DNA of 43,115 nucleotides from a virus (IMGVR_UViG_2541047802_000010), one strand, 5' to 3'; positions 8,892 to 19,638 are shown, counted from the stretch's first letter. Notes: generated by a model from the sequence alone, not told the origin. Numbers and translations: made by a program.

Positions 8892-9926
8892 TCAGTCGTT
8901 GTCAGTGTCCAGTGAGTAGTTTTTAAAGCGGATGACCTCCTGACCGAGCCAGCCGTTTATCTCGCGGATCCTGTCCTGTAGCGGGATAAGCTCATTGCGG
9001 ACAAAGACCTTTGCCACTTTCTCAATATCACCCAGCGACCCGACGTTCTCCGGCTTGCCGCCCATCAACTGAAAGGGGATGCGGTGTGCGTCCAGCAGGT
9101 CAGCGGCGCTGGCTTTTTTGATATTAAAAAAATCGTCCTTCGTCGCCACTTCACTGAGCGGGATAATTTTAATGCCGTCGGCTTTCCCCTGCGGGGCATA
9201 GAGAAACAGATTTTTAAAGTTATTGCGGCCTTTCGACTTAACCATGTTTTCGCGAAGCATTTCGATATCGTTGCGATCCTGCACGGCATCGGTGACGTAC
9301 ATGATGTATCCGGCATGTGCGCCATTTTCGTAATACTTGCGGCGGAACAGCGTGGCCGACTCATTCAGCCAGGCAGAGTTAAGGGCGCTGAGATATTCTG
9401 GCAGGCCGTACAACTCCTGATTAATATCCGGCTCCAGCAGGTGAAACACGGAGCCGGGTGCGAAGGCTGTCGGCTCGTTGAAGGACGGCACCCACCAGTA
9501 AACATCCTCTTCCACACCACGGCGGGTATATTTTGCCGGTGAGGTTTCCAGTCTGATGACCTTACCGGTGGTGCTGTAACGCTTTTCCAGAAACGCATTA
9601 CCGAACACCAGAAAATCCAGCACAAAGCGGCTGAAATCCTGCTGGGAAAGCCACGGGTGCGGGATAAACGTTGAAGCCAGAATATTACGTTTGACGTAAA
9701 TCGGTGAGCTGTGATGCACGGCAGCACGCAGGCTTTTTGCCAGACCGGTAAAGCTGACCGGCGGCTCATACCATCTGCCGTTACTGATGCATTCGACATA
9801 ATCCAGAATGTCACGGCGGTCGAGTACCGGTACCGGCTCACCAAAGGTGAATGCCTCCATTTTCGGGGCGCTGGCAGTCATTGTTTTTGCCGCAGGTTGC
9901 GGTGTTTTCCCTTTTTTCTTGCTCAT
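8892..9926 (-). CDS. Q: Portal protein Q (344 aa)
   Basis: 344 aa; translation matches recollection of P2 gpQ; transcribed with P opposite to the O-N-M-L operon. Confidence 0.9.
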   Translation of the reverse strand: MSKKKGKTPQPAAKTMTASAPKMEAFTFGEPVPVLDRRDILDYVECISNGRWYEPPVSFTGLAKSLRAAVHHSSPIYVKRNILASTFIPHPWLSQQDFSRFVLDFLVFGNAFLEKRYSTTGKVIRLETSPAKYTRRGVEEDVYWWVPSFNEPTAFAPGSVFHLLEPDINQELYGLPEYLSALNSAWLNESATLFRRKYYENGAHAGYIMYVTDAVQDRNDIEMLRENMVKSKGRNNFKNLFLYAPQGKADGIKIIPLSEVATKDDFFNIKKASAADLLDAHRIPFQLMGGKPENVGSLGDIEKVAKVFVRNELIPLQDRIREINGWLGQEVIRFKNYSLDTDND

Positions 9927-11698
9927 CAGTAAAACTCCAGAATGGTGGATGTCAGCGGGGTGCTGATACCTGCGGTGAGTGGCTCATTTAACAGGGCGTG
10001 CATGGTCGCCCAGGCGAGGTCGGCGTGGCTGGCTTCCTCGCTGCGGCTGGCCTCATAGGTGGCGCTGCGTCCGCTGCTGGTCATGGTCTTGCGGATAGCC
10101 ATAAACGAGCTGGTGATGTCGGTGGCGCTGACGTCATATTCCAGACAGCCACGGCGGATAACGTCTTTGGCCTTGAGCACCATTGCGGTTTTCATTTCCG
10201 GCGTGTAGCGGATGTCGCGCGCGGCGGGATAGAACGAGCGCACGAGCTGGAACACGCCGACACCGAGGCCGGTGGCATCAATACCGATGTATTCGACGTT
10301 GTATTTTTCGGTGAGTTTGCGGATGGATTCCGCCTGAGTGGCAAAGTCCATGCCTTTCCACTGGTGACGCTCAAGTATTCTGAATTTGCCACCGGCCACC
10401 ACCGGCGGTGCCAGTACCACGCATCCGGCGCTGTCGCCACGGTGTGACGGGTCGTAACCAATCCATACCGGGCGGGAGCCGAACGGATTCGCGGCAAACG
10501 GCGCATAGTCTTCCCATTCTTCCAGCGTGTCGACCATGCAGCGTTGCAGCTCCTCGAACGGGAACACCGACGCCTTGTCGTCAACAAATTCACACATGAA
10601 CAGGTTTTTAAAATCGTCGGCGCTGTTTTCACGTTTGAGCTGCTCAATGTCGAACAGCGTGCAGCCGCCTTTCAGGGCGTCCTCAATGGTGACAATCTGC
10701 CGCCACTGGCCGTCCGCACAGAGAAGACCTCCGGCAAGGGCGTTATGACTGACGTCGATTTCCACGCGTTCGGCGGCGCTGGCGCGTCCCCGGTTGAACA
10801 GTTCACCCGACCAGAACGGGTAGGCGTCGTGCGCCAGCGTGGACGGGGTGGAGAAATAGGTCGAGCGCAGGTGACTCTGTGAGGCCATACCTGATGCCAC
10901 CTTACGCAGTACCTGAAAATTCGGGATCCAGAAAATCTCGTCGACGTACAGGTCGCCGTTATGGCTCTGTGCGGTGTTGGAGTTGGTGCCGAGAAAAATC
11001 AGTTTTGCGCCGTTATTGCCCAGGACAATCGGGTCACCGGTCAGGTCAACGTCAACCAGCCGGGCAAAGGCGATGATGTATTCGCGGAACACATACGCCT
11101 GCGTTTTACTGGCCGACAGAAAAATCTGGTTATGACCGGTTTTCAGGGCGCGCAGCAGCGCCTCGCGGGAAAAATAAAACGTCGCGCCAATCTGGCGGGA
11201 TTTCAGGATATCGCGGATGCGGTGCTCAAGCCCGGCGCGATACCAGTGCAACTGATATTCGAAAGACTGCTCAAAGAAAATCTGCTCCAGCTTTTCGATG
11301 GCCTCGTCACTGAAAAAATTCTTTTTCGGTTTGCGACGCCCGCCTTTGTTGCGGTTAGCGACGTTCGGATTAAGGTCTGCCTCGTTGCCGGTCTGACTGT
11401 AGCGGTTTACCCGTGCCAGTCGTTCAATCTGGCGTCCCAGCAGGTCAATTTCCTTGAAGTCACCACCGGTTTTCTGCGGTTTGATGATGAGCTGGGTCAG
11501 CCGCGCTTCCAGACTCATTTCGACACGGCTGATGGGAGCAACGCTGTCCCAGCCGTCGCGCTGTTTCCAGCTCTGCACCGTCGGGCGTTTCATCTGCAAC
11601 ATGGCGGCAATCTGCGGCACGGAAAATCCCTGCCAGTACAGCAGCGCCGCCTGACGACGCGGGTCGTGTAAAAGAGTGGTGTCTGTGGTGATGGTCAT
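9926..11698 (-). CDS. P: Terminase large subunit P
   Basis: Start chosen at MTITTDTT (11698) giving about 590 aa as in P2 gpP; 1-nt overlap with Q start. Confidence 0.85.
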   Translation of the reverse strand: MTITTDTTLLHDPRRQAALLYWQGFSVPQIAAMLQMKRPTVQSWKQRDGWDSVAPISRVEMSLEARLTQLIIKPQKTGGDFKEIDLLGRQIERLARVNRYSQTGNEADLNPNVANRNKGGRRKPKKNFFSDEAIEKLEQIFFEQSFEYQLHWYRAGLEHRIRDILKSRQIGATFYFSREALLRALKTGHNQIFLSASKTQAYVFREYIIAFARLVDVDLTGDPIVLGNNGAKLIFLGTNSNTAQSHNGDLYVDEIFWIPNFQVLRKVASGMASQSHLRSTYFSTPSTLAHDAYPFWSGELFNRGRASAAERVEIDVSHNALAGGLLCADGQWRQIVTIEDALKGGCTLFDIEQLKRENSADDFKNLFMCEFVDDKASVFPFEELQRCMVDTLEEWEDYAPFAANPFGSRPVWIGYDPSHRGDSAGCVVLAPPVVAGGKFRILERHQWKGMDFATQAESIRKLTEKYNVEYIGIDATGLGVGVFQLVRSFYPAARDIRYTPEMKTAMVLKAKDVIRRGCLEYDVSATDITSSFMAIRKTMTSSGRSATYEASRSEEASHADLAWATMHALLNEPLTAGISTPLTSTILEFY

Positions 11699-11871
11699 GA
11701 ATACCTCGCCGTGATGAATACACGGCAAGGCTACTGAGTCGCGCCCCGCGATTCGCTAAGGTGCTGTTGTGTCAGTGATAAGCCATCCGGGACTGATGGC
11801 GGAGGATGCGCATCGTCGGGAAACTGATGCCGACATGTGACTCCTCTAATCACTATTCAGGACTCCTGACA

Positions 11872-12726
11872 ATGGCAAAAAAAGTCTCAAAATTCTTTCG
11901 TATCGGCGTTGAGGGTGACACCTGTGACGGGCGTGTCATCAGTGCGCAGGATATTCAGGAAATGGCGGAAACCTTTGACCCGCGTGTCTATGGTTGCCGC
12001 ATTAACCTGGAACATCTGCGCGGCATCCTGCCTGACGGTATTTTTAAACGTTATGGCGATGTGGCCGAACTGAAGGCCGAAAAGATTGATGACGATTCGG
12101 CGCTGAAAGGCAAATGGGCGCTGTTTGCGAAAATCACCCCGACCGATGACCTTATCGCGATGAACAAGGCCGCGCAGAAGGTCTACACCTCAATGGAAAT
12201 TCAGCCGAACTTTGCCAACACCGGCAAATGTTATCTGGTGGGGCTGGCCGTCACCGATGACCCGGCAAGCCTCGGCACGGAATACCTGGAATTCTGCCGC
12301 ACGGCAAAACACAACCCCCTGAACCGCTTCAAATTAAGCCCTGAAAACCTGATTTCAGTGGCAACGCCTGTTGAGCTGGAATTTGAAGACCTGCCTGAAA
12401 CCGTGTTCACCGCCCTGACCGAAAAGGTGAAATCCATTTTTGGCCGCAAACAGGCCAGCGATGACGCCCGTCTGAATGACGTGCATGAAGCGGTGACCGC
12501 TGTTGCTGAACATGTGCAGGAAAAGCTGAGTGCCACTGAGCAGCGCCTCGCTGAGATGGAAACCGCCTTTTCCGCACTTAAGCAGGAGGTGACTGACAGG
12601 GCGGATGAAACCAGCCAGGCATTCACCCGCCTGAAAAACAGTCTCGACCACACCGAAAGTCTGACCCAGCAGCGCCGCAGCAAGGCCACCGGCGGTGGCG
12701 GTGACGCCCTGATGACGAACTGCTGA
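11872..12726 (+). CDS. O: Capsid scaffold protein O (284 aa)
   Basis: Start at MAKKVSKFF (11872); length and sequence as P2 gpO. Confidence 0.85.
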   Translation: MAKKVSKFFRIGVEGDTCDGRVISAQDIQEMAETFDPRVYGCRINLEHLRGILPDGIFKRYGDVAELKAEKIDDDSALKGKWALFAKITPTDDLIAMNKAAQKVYTSMEIQPNFANTGKCYLVGLAVTDDPASLGTEYLEFCRTAKHNPLNRFKLSPENLISVATPVELEFEDLPETVFTALTEKVKSIFGRKQASDDARLNDVHEAVTAVAEHVQEKLSATEQRLAEMETAFSALKQEVTDRADETSQAFTRLKNSLDHTESLTQQRRSKATGGGGDALMTNC

Positions 12727-12784
12727 CCGGCGTCAGTCAGTCCGGGAAAACCTTCACGATTAACCCTTAATTTCAGGAAAAACT

Positions 12785-13199
12785 ATGCGCCAGGAAACCC
12801 GCTTTAAATTTAATGCCTACCTGTCCCGTGTTGCCGAGCTGAACGGCATCGACGCCGGTGATGTGTCGAAAAAATTCACCGTTGAACCGTCGGTCACCCA
12901 GACCCTGATGAACACCATGCAGGAGTCCTCTGACTTTCTGACCCGCATCAACATTGTGCCGGTCAGCGAAATGAAAGGGGAAAAAATTGGTATTGGTGTC
13001 ACCGGCTCCATCGCCAGCACCACCGACACCGCCGGTGGCACCGAGCGTCAGCCGAAGGACTTCTCGAAGCTGGCGTCCAGTAAGTACGAATGCGACCAGA
13101 TTAACTTCGATTTTTATATCCGCTACAAAACGCTTGACCTGTGGGCGCGTTATCAGGATTTCCAGCTCCGTGTCCGTAACGCCATTATCAAACGCCAGT
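12785..13199 (+). pseudogene. N: Major capsid protein N, 5' fragment (codons 1-138) truncated by IS insertion
   Basis: Translation MRQETRFKFNAY...AIIKRQ then runs into the IS terminal repeat; the remainder of N resumes in frame at 15785. Confidence 0.85.
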
Positions 13200-13284
13200 T
13201 GCGTATTACCGTGAAGGAGATCGGTGAGTAACATCGATGGAGATCGGTTCGTGTCACTTTCACAGAACCGTTTTTAAATTACCT

Positions 13285-14034
13285 TCACTGATCTCCTTCG
13301 GTCAACGGTGATTGTATTTTCCGCATTGATTCTCCTTTAAGTTCGATCTTGATACTGCCATGAACCAGTCGATCTAGGATGGCATCCGCATGTGTGGAGT
13401 CTCCGATCATTTTGTACCAGTTTTCCACCGGCAACTGGCTCACTACGATGATTGAGCCTCGTTGGTACATCAGATCCACTATTTCCAGCAGGTCGCTACG
13501 CTGTTCTGATGAGAGAGGTTCCAGCCCCCAGTCATCCAGAAGCAGCAGATCGCTATTATTCAGCCTGGTCAAAAGTTTGCTGTATCTTCCATCAGCATGC
13601 CCCTGATAGCACTGTTCCATCAGCGCTTTAAGGCGATAATAGTAGACCTTGTATCCCTGTCGGCAGGCATTATGACCAAGTGCACATGCCAGGAACGTTT
13701 TACCGCTGCCGGTGGCCCCGGTCAGTAAAATATTTTGTTTCAGGGTTAACCAGTTTCCCTGACTGAGTGAACGGATGAGGGCCCTGTCCAGCCCTCTATT
13801 GTTACGATAATCCAGCTTTGATAACTCAGCATTAAGTCTGAACCGTGCATGTTTGATCAGACGCTCTGCCTTCCTGTTTTCACGGCAGGTTAGTTCTTCT
13901 GCTGTCAGTAATGACAGGCGTTCTTCGAAGCCCAGCTCCTGGTATGTGCCCGGCTGAGCAAGTTGCTTTTTAAGCGCATCACGGAAGCCGGTGAGTTTAA
14001 GTGCGGTCAGTTGTTCGTAAAGATGATTCATCAT
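13285..14034 (-). CDS. istB: IS21-family helper ATPase IstB (249 aa)
   Basis: Walker A LLTGATGSGKTFLA and DnaA/IstB-like layout; immediately downstream of istA. Confidence 0.85.
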   Translation of the reverse strand: MMNHLYEQLTALKLTGFRDALKKQLAQPGTYQELGFEERLSLLTAEELTCRENRKAERLIKHARFRLNAELSKLDYRNNRGLDRALIRSLSQGNWLTLKQNILLTGATGSGKTFLACALGHNACRQGYKVYYYRLKALMEQCYQGHADGRYSKLLTRLNNSDLLLLDDWGLEPLSSEQRSDLLEIVDLMYQRGSIIVVSQLPVENWYKMIGDSTHADAILDRLVHGSIKIELKGESMRKIQSPLTEGDQ

Positions 14035-14045
14035 TGGATCCCGTA

Positions 14046-15587
14046 TCAGTGGTAATACTCACTGCCGCGTACGTTTTCGTGTTCCATCGTGGATAACAGA
14101 TCTGGTTTTGGATCCTGAACAGGTTGTTTATCCAGACCTTTTTCCAGGAGCGATTTAATACCTGACAGACGCCATACCTTTGTTTTCAGAGCTCTTGCAC
14201 ATGCTGCATTAAGTCTGGCTTTACTGTATTTTTTATGAAGGTTCAGGAGTCCAAGGCAGAAGCGATAGCTTTGTTCCGGATGTGGACGAGAGTTCAGTAT
14301 ATGAAGCACATAACTATGAGTTTCACTGCCTATGTGCCCCGCCCATTCCAGAAGACGCTCTGGCGTCCAGGTGGCATGCTGTCGATGAGCTTCAGGCATG
14401 TGCTCGTTGCGGGTACTGTAGCCATAAGTACGCTTGCGCGGGTGCACAGCAACCTCCTGCCCCTGATTGAAGAGTCTTACCAGTTCTCCGGAGATCCATG
14501 CTTCCAGTTGCTGGCCTAACAGCGAACATGGAACCGAGTAGTAATGTTTGTCGATTTCCACGTGGTAATCGGCATGAACTCTGACTTTCTTCACCAGGGT
14601 GTAACTGTAACTGGCTTCAGGAAGAGGCTTCAGTGCGGGTTTATCAAGCTGGATGAAGAGTTCTGCACGTGAATAACCCAACTTCTGCATTATTTTGTTA
14701 TTCAGTCTTTCCAGCAACTCCCGAATGCGCTGATTAAGCGATGCAAGGCTGTAGAAGATCTCATGCCTGATTCGGGCCATGATCCAGCGTTCAACAACCT
14801 GAACGCCAACTTCAGCTTTGGCTTTATCTTTCGGTTTACGTGGCCGCGCAGGCAAAACTGCGACATTATAATGCTCAAGCATCTGCTGGTAGGTAGGGTT
14901 AACGTCAGGATCATACTTACATGCCCTGGATGTGGCGCTTTTCAGATTGTCCGGAACAACAAGTTCAGGAACGCCACCCAACCACTGGAAGCAGCGAACA
15001 TGACTCATCACCCAGTCTTCAAGCTGCTGAGACCAGGTGGCCTCTGCCCATGTGTAACTTGATGCCCCGAGAACAGCTACGATGACCTGAGCAGTTCTTA
15101 TTTCTCCGGTCTCAGGGTCGGTAACGCCAACGGTAGGTCCACAGTAATCAACGAAAAGTTTTTCGCCAGCTTTATGTACCTGACGCATTGATGGTGAAGT
15201 GGTTTTGAGCCATTCACGGTACATCCGGCAGTAATGGTTATAGCTGTAAAAACCGCCTGGATTACGCTCACAGTATTCTTCCCAGAGTAGCTGCAGCGTC
15301 ACGCATTTATTACGCAGTTCCCGGTGTACTGTAGCCCAGTCAGGCAGAGAGTGCTTCTTCATCTTAACCTGGGTCTGAAGGAACGCATGTTTTAGTTTTG
15401 TATCATCCCATCCTGTAGGTAAGGGCCACTGCTTTATGCCAAGTTGAGCCGCCCGATTAGCATATCTGGATACAACGGAAGGGGAGATTGCAAGACTACG
15501 ACCAATTTGTCGATGGCTGAGTCCAACACCGTATTTAAGCCTAAGAATTTCTTTAAGTTTTCTCATAGAAATTGGAACTGTTGGCAT
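14046..15587 (-). CDS. istA: IS21-family transposase IstA (513 aa)
   Basis: N-terminal HTH (LSHRQIGRSLAISPSVVSRY) plus large DDE-type catalytic region; paired with istB. Confidence 0.85.
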   Translation of the reverse strand: MPTVPISMRKLKEILRLKYGVGLSHRQIGRSLAISPSVVSRYANRAAQLGIKQWPLPTGWDDTKLKHAFLQTQVKMKKHSLPDWATVHRELRNKCVTLQLLWEEYCERNPGGFYSYNHYCRMYREWLKTTSPSMRQVHKAGEKLFVDYCGPTVGVTDPETGEIRTAQVIVAVLGASSYTWAEATWSQQLEDWVMSHVRCFQWLGGVPELVVPDNLKSATSRACKYDPDVNPTYQQMLEHYNVAVLPARPRKPKDKAKAEVGVQVVERWIMARIRHEIFYSLASLNQRIRELLERLNNKIMQKLGYSRAELFIQLDKPALKPLPEASYSYTLVKKVRVHADYHVEIDKHYYSVPCSLLGQQLEAWISGELVRLFNQGQEVAVHPRKRTYGYSTRNEHMPEAHRQHATWTPERLLEWAGHIGSETHSYVLHILNSRPHPEQSYRFCLGLLNLHKKYSKARLNAACARALKTKVWRLSGIKSLLEKGLDKQPVQDPKPDLLSTMEHENVRGSEYYH

Positions 15588-15784
15588 AGGTATCCTTTAC
15601 CGGAATGGCAAAAGATACAGATCAACACACCTGTGAAGTTCCAATAACATTGATGGAGATCACTGAATAACAAAATGAGTCAAAAGTGATCTCCATCGAT
15701 GTTATTCAGCGATCTGTTCAAATGTTATTACCCGATCTCGATGGAAGTTATTGAGTGATCTCCTTTCATGAAAATACGCACCAG

Positions 15785-16444
15785 TCCCTTGATTTAATCA
15801 TGGCCGGTTTTAACGGCGTGAAGCGTGCCGAAACCTCTGACCGCAGCAGCAATCCGATGTTGCAGGATGTGGCGGTCGGCTGGCTGCAGAAATACCGCAA
15901 TGAAGCCCCGGCGCGCGTGATGAGCAAGGTCACTGACGAGGAAGGCCGCACCACCTCTGAGGTTATCCGCGTGGGTAAGGGCGGTGATTATGCCAGCCTT
16001 GATGCACTGGTGATGGATGCGACCAACAACCTGATTGAACCGTGGTATCAGGAAGACCCTGACCTTGTGGTGATTGTGGGGCGTCAGCTACTGGCGGACA
16101 AGTATTTCCCCATCGTCAACAAGGAGCAGGACAACAGCGAGATGCTGGCCGCTGACGTCATCATCAGCCAGAAACGCATCGGCAACCTGCCAGCGGTACG
16201 CGTCCCGTACTTCCCGGCGGATGCGATGCTCATCACGAAGCTGGAAAACCTGTCCATCTACTACATGGATGACAGCCATCGCCGCGTGATTGTGGAAAAC
16301 CCGAAACTCGACCGCGTGGAGAACTACGAGTCAATGAATATTGATTACGTGGTGGAAGACTACGCCGCCGGTTGCCTGGTGGAAAAAATTAAGGTCGGTG
16401 ATTTCTCCACACCGGCCAGGGCGACCGCAGAGCCGGGAGCGTAA
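15785..16444 (+). pseudogene. N: Major capsid protein N, 3' fragment (codons 139-357)
   Basis: SLDLIMAGFNGVK... continues the N reading frame exactly after the duplicated CCAGT; the two fragments sum to 357 aa as in P2 gpN. Confidence 0.85.
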
Positions 16445-16447
16445 CTG

Positions 16448-17191
16448 ATGACGAGTCCCGCACAGCGCCACATGATGCGGGTCTCGGCAGCGATGACCGC
16501 GCAGCGGGAAGCCGCCCCGCTGCGACATGCAACTGTCTATGAGCAGATGCTGGTTAAGCTCGCCGCAGACCAGCGCACACTGAAAGCGATTTACTCAAAA
16601 GAGCTTAAGGCCGCGAAAAAACGCGAACTGCTGCCGTTCTGGTTGCCGTGGGTGAACGGCGTGCTGGAGCAGGGCAAAGGTGCACAGGATGACATTCTGA
16701 TGACGGTCATGCTGTGGCGTCTGGATACCGGCGATATTGCCGGTGCGCTGGAGATTGCCCGTTATGCCCTGAAGTACGGTCTGACCATGCCGGGTAAACA
16801 CCGCCGCACCCCGCCGTACATGTTCACCGAGGAGGTGGCGCTCGCGGCCATGCGCGCCCACGCTGCCGGTGAGTCTGTGGATCCCCGCCTGCTGACGGAC
16901 ACCCTCGAACTGACCGCCACGGCTGACATGCCTGATGAAGTGCGCGCAAAGCTGCACAAAATCACCGGTCTGTTTCTGCGTGACGCTGGTGATGCCGCAG
17001 GTGCGCTGGCGCACCTGCAACGTGCGACACAGCTCGACTGTCAGGCAGGCGTCAAAAAAGAGATTGAACGACTGGAGCGGGAACTGAAACCGAAGCCGGA
17101 GCCACAGCCAAAAGCGGCCACCTGCGCCCCGCGTAAGACCCGGAGTGCGACACCGGCAAAACGTGGACGCCCGAAAAAGAAAGCCAGTTAA
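16448..17191 (+). CDS. M: Terminase small subunit M (247 aa)
   Basis: 247 aa, Lys/Pro-rich C-terminus; P2 gpM position and length. Confidence 0.85.
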   Translation: MTSPAQRHMMRVSAAMTAQREAAPLRHATVYEQMLVKLAADQRTLKAIYSKELKAAKKRELLPFWLPWVNGVLEQGKGAQDDILMTVMLWRLDTGDIAGALEIARYALKYGLTMPGKHRRTPPYMFTEEVALAAMRAHAAGESVDPRLLTDTLELTATADMPDEVRAKLHKITGLFLRDAGDAAGALAHLQRATQLDCQAGVKKEIERLERELKPKPEPQPKAATCAPRKTRSATPAKRGRPKKKAS

Positions 17192-17290
17192 CAACCGAAT
17201 GCGCCCCGCGCCAGGGCGGCACGCCGGTCAGTGAGGGTGAATCACCTGACACTGCACCGGCGTCCACCGCCCGACTTTTCAGAGGTAGTC

Positions 17291-17800
17291 ATGATGACGC
17301 TGATTATTCCGCGAAAGGAGGCTCCCGTGTCCGGTGAGGGTACGGTGGTCATCCCGCAACCGGCAGGCGACGAGCCGGTGATTAAAAACACGTTCTTTTT
17401 TCCCGATATCGACCCGAAGCGCGTCCGGGAACGTATGCGCCTTGAGCAGACCGTCGCCCCCGCCCGTCTGCGTGAGGCCATCAAGTCAGGCATGGCGGAG
17501 ACGAATGCGGAGCTGTACGAGTACCGCGAACAGAAAATAGCCGCCGGTTTTACGCGTCTGGCGGACGTTCCGGCGGACGACATCGACGGTGAAAGTATCA
17601 AAGTTTTTTACTACGAGCGCGCCGTGTGTGCGATGGCGACCGCGTCGCTTTATGAGCGTTACCGCGGCGTGGATGCCAGTGCGAAAGGCGACAAGAAGGC
17701 CGACAGCATTGACAGCACCATTGATGAACTGTGGCGGGATATGCGCTGGGCAGTGGCGCGTATCCAGGACAAGCCGCGCTGCATCGTGAGTCAAATCTGA
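17291..17800 (+). CDS. L: Head completion protein L (169 aa)
   Basis: Start at MMTLIIPRKEAP (17291); P2 gpL length. Confidence 0.8.
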   Translation: MMTLIIPRKEAPVSGEGTVVIPQPAGDEPVIKNTFFFPDIDPKRVRERMRLEQTVAPARLREAIKSGMAETNAELYEYREQKIAAGFTRLADVPADDIDGESIKVFYYERAVCAMATASLYERYRGVDASAKGDKKADSIDSTIDELWRDMRWAVARIQDKPRCIVSQI

Positions 17801-18003
17801 TGAAGACCTTTGCGCTACAGGGCGACACGCTCGACGCCATTTGTGTCCGGTATTACGGGCGCACTGAGGGCGTGGTTGAGACCGTGCTCGCCGCAAATCC
17901 GGGACTGGCTGAACTGGGGGCGGTGCTGCCACATGGCACCGCCGTCGAACTGCCCGACGTTCAGACCGCGCCCGTGGCTGAAACTGTCAATCTGTGGGAG
18001 TAA
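17800..18003 (+). CDS. X: Tail protein X (67 aa)
   Basis: MKTFALQGDTLDAICVRYYGRT...; start overlaps L stop (TGATG). Confidence 0.8.
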   Translation: MKTFALQGDTLDAICVRYYGRTEGVVETVLAANPGLAELGAVLPHGTAVELPDVQTAPVAETVNLWE

Positions 18004-18006
18004 CGC

Positions 18007-18288
18007 ATGACAGCAGAAGAAAAAAGCGTCCTGTCGCTTTTCATGATTGGGGTGCTGATTGTTGTCGGCAAGGTGCTTGCCGGTGGTGAACCCATCACCC
18101 CGCGTCTGTTTATCGGGCGCATGTTGCTCGGTGGTTTTGTCTCGATGGTTGCCGGTGTTGTTCTGGTGCAGTTTCCTGACCTGTCACTGCCTGCGGTGTG
18201 CGGCATCGGCTCCATGCTGGGTATCGCCGGTTATCAGGTGATTGAGATTGCCATTCAGCGCCGTTTTAAGGGCAGGGGGAAACCGTAA
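18007..18288 (+). CDS. Y: Holin Y (93 aa)
   Basis: Three hydrophobic helices and charged C-terminus; first gene of lysis cassette. Confidence 0.8.
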   Translation: MTAEEKSVLSLFMIGVLIVVGKVLAGGEPITPRLFIGRMLLGGFVSMVAGVVLVQFPDLSLPAVCGIGSMLGIAGYQVIEIAIQRRFKGRGKP

Positions 18289-18785
18289 TGCCGGTAATTA
18301 ACACGCATCAGAATATCGCCGCCTTTCTCGACATGCTGGCCGTGTCGGAAGGGACGGCGAATCATCCGCTGACGAAAAACCGGGGCTATGACGTGATAGT
18401 CACCGGACTGGACGGAAAGCCGGAAATTTTCACCGACTACAGTGACCACCCGTTCGCGCATGGCCGACCGGCGAAGGTGTTTAACCGTCGCGGTGAAAAA
18501 TCCACGGCCTCCGGTCGCTATCAGCAGCTTTACCTGTTCTGGCCGCACTACCGCAAACAGCTTGCCCTGCCGGATTTCAGTCCGTTGTCACAGGACAGGC
18601 TCTCCATTCAGTTGATCCGCGAACGCGGTGCACTGGATGACATCCGGGCGGGACGCATTGAGCGCGCCATTTCACGCTGTCGCAATATCTGGGCGTCCCT
18701 GCCGGGTGCCGGTTACGGTCAGCGTGAGCATTCACTGGAAAAACTGGTCACCGTCTGGCGTACCGCCGGCGGCGTACCGGCTTAA
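18288..18785 (+). CDS. K: Endolysin K (165 aa)
   Basis: 165 aa; follows holin; translation matches recollection of P2 gpK lysozyme. Confidence 0.8.
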   Translation: MPVINTHQNIAAFLDMLAVSEGTANHPLTKNRGYDVIVTGLDGKPEIFTDYSDHPFAHGRPAKVFNRRGEKSTASGRYQQLYLFWPHYRKQLALPDFSPLSQDRLSIQLIRERGALDDIRAGRIERAISRCRNIWASLPGAGYGQREHSLEKLVTVWRTAGGVPA

Positions 18786-18799
18786 ACGGAGTAAACACC

Positions 18800-19225
18800 A
18801 TGAAGAAATTATCCCTTTCACTGATGCTGAACGTGTCGCTGGCGCTGATGCTGGCACTGTCCCTGATTTACCCGCAGAGCGTGGCCGTCAGTTTTGTCGC
18901 CACCTGGGCGATTCTGGCGACGGTTATCTGTGTGGTTGCCGGTGGTGTCGGCGTGTATGCCACGGAGTATGTGCTGGAACGCTACGGGCGGGAGCTGCCG
19001 CCGGAATCGCTGGCCGTGAAGATTGTCACGTCGCTGTTTTTGCAGCCGGTGCCGTGGCGCAGACGGGCGGCGGCTCTGGTGGTGATGGTGGCGACGTTTA
19101 TCTCGCTGGTCGCTGCCGGGTGGATTTTTACCGCGCTGATTTATCTTGTGGCGTCGCTGTTTTTCCGGCTGATACGTAAAGCCTGTCGTCAGCGTCTTGA
19201 GGGGCGGGAACTATGTCAAAGCTGA
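18800..19225 (+). CDS. lysA: Lysis timing protein LysA (membrane)
   Basis: 141 aa, four hydrophobic segments; P2 lysA position. Confidence 0.75.
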   Translation: MKKLSLSLMLNVSLALMLALSLIYPQSVAVSFVATWAILATVICVVAGGVGVYATEYVLERYGRELPPESLAVKIVTSLFLQPVPWRRRAAALVVMVATFISLVAAGWIFTALIYLVASLFFRLIRKACRQRLEGRELCQS

Positions 19226-19638
19226 TGATTGTGCTGGTCGTGTTGTTATCGCTGGCGGTGGCCGGTCTGTTTCTGGTGAAACATAAAAATGCCAGCCTGC
19301 GCGCCTCGCTGGACAGGGCGAACAATGTCGCCAGCGGGCAGCAGACGACCATCACCATGCTGAAAAACCAGCTTCATGTTGCCCTTACCAGGGCAGACAA
19401 AAACGAGCTGGCGCAGGTGGCACTGCGTCAGGAACTGGAAAACGCCGCGAAGCGTGAAGCTCAGCGCGAGAAAACCATCACGAGGTTACTCAATGAAAAC
19501 GAAGATTTTCGCCGCTGGTACGGTGCTGACCTGCCTGATGCTGTGCGCCGGTTGCACCAGCGCCCGGCCTGCGCCGACGCCAGTGATTGTCGCCAACGCC
19601 TGCCCGAAAGTGAGCCTTTGCCCGATGCCGGGCAGTGA
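19213..19638 (+). CDS. lysB: Rz-like inner-membrane spanin LysB
   Basis: N-terminal TM anchor then coiled-coil-like charged region; P2 lysB position. Confidence 0.75.
   Translation: MSKLMIVLVVLLSLAVAGLFLVKHKNASLRASLDRANNVASGQQTTITMLKNQLHVALTRADKNELAQVALRQELENAAKREAQREKTITRLLNENEDFRRWYGADLPDAVRRLHQRPACADASDCRQRLPESEPLPDAGQ

Larger units (their letters stand above)
13200..15780 (-). mobile_element. IS21-family insertion sequence (istA-istB), 2581 bp
   Basis: Terminal inverted repeats TGCGTATT...GAAGGAGATC...GAGATCGG at 13200-13248 and reverse-complemented at 15732-15780; 5-bp direct duplication CCAGT (13195-13199 and 15781-15785); encodes IstA and IstB. Confidence 0.85.

Noticed and set aside
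9065..11723. Numerous 60-240-aa ORFs inside and antisense to Q and P (for example 9084-9542, 10961-11671)
   Set aside because: All overlap the long, well-supported portal and terminase genes; Arg/Gly/Ala-rich translations typical of off-frame reading of GC-rich coding DNA.
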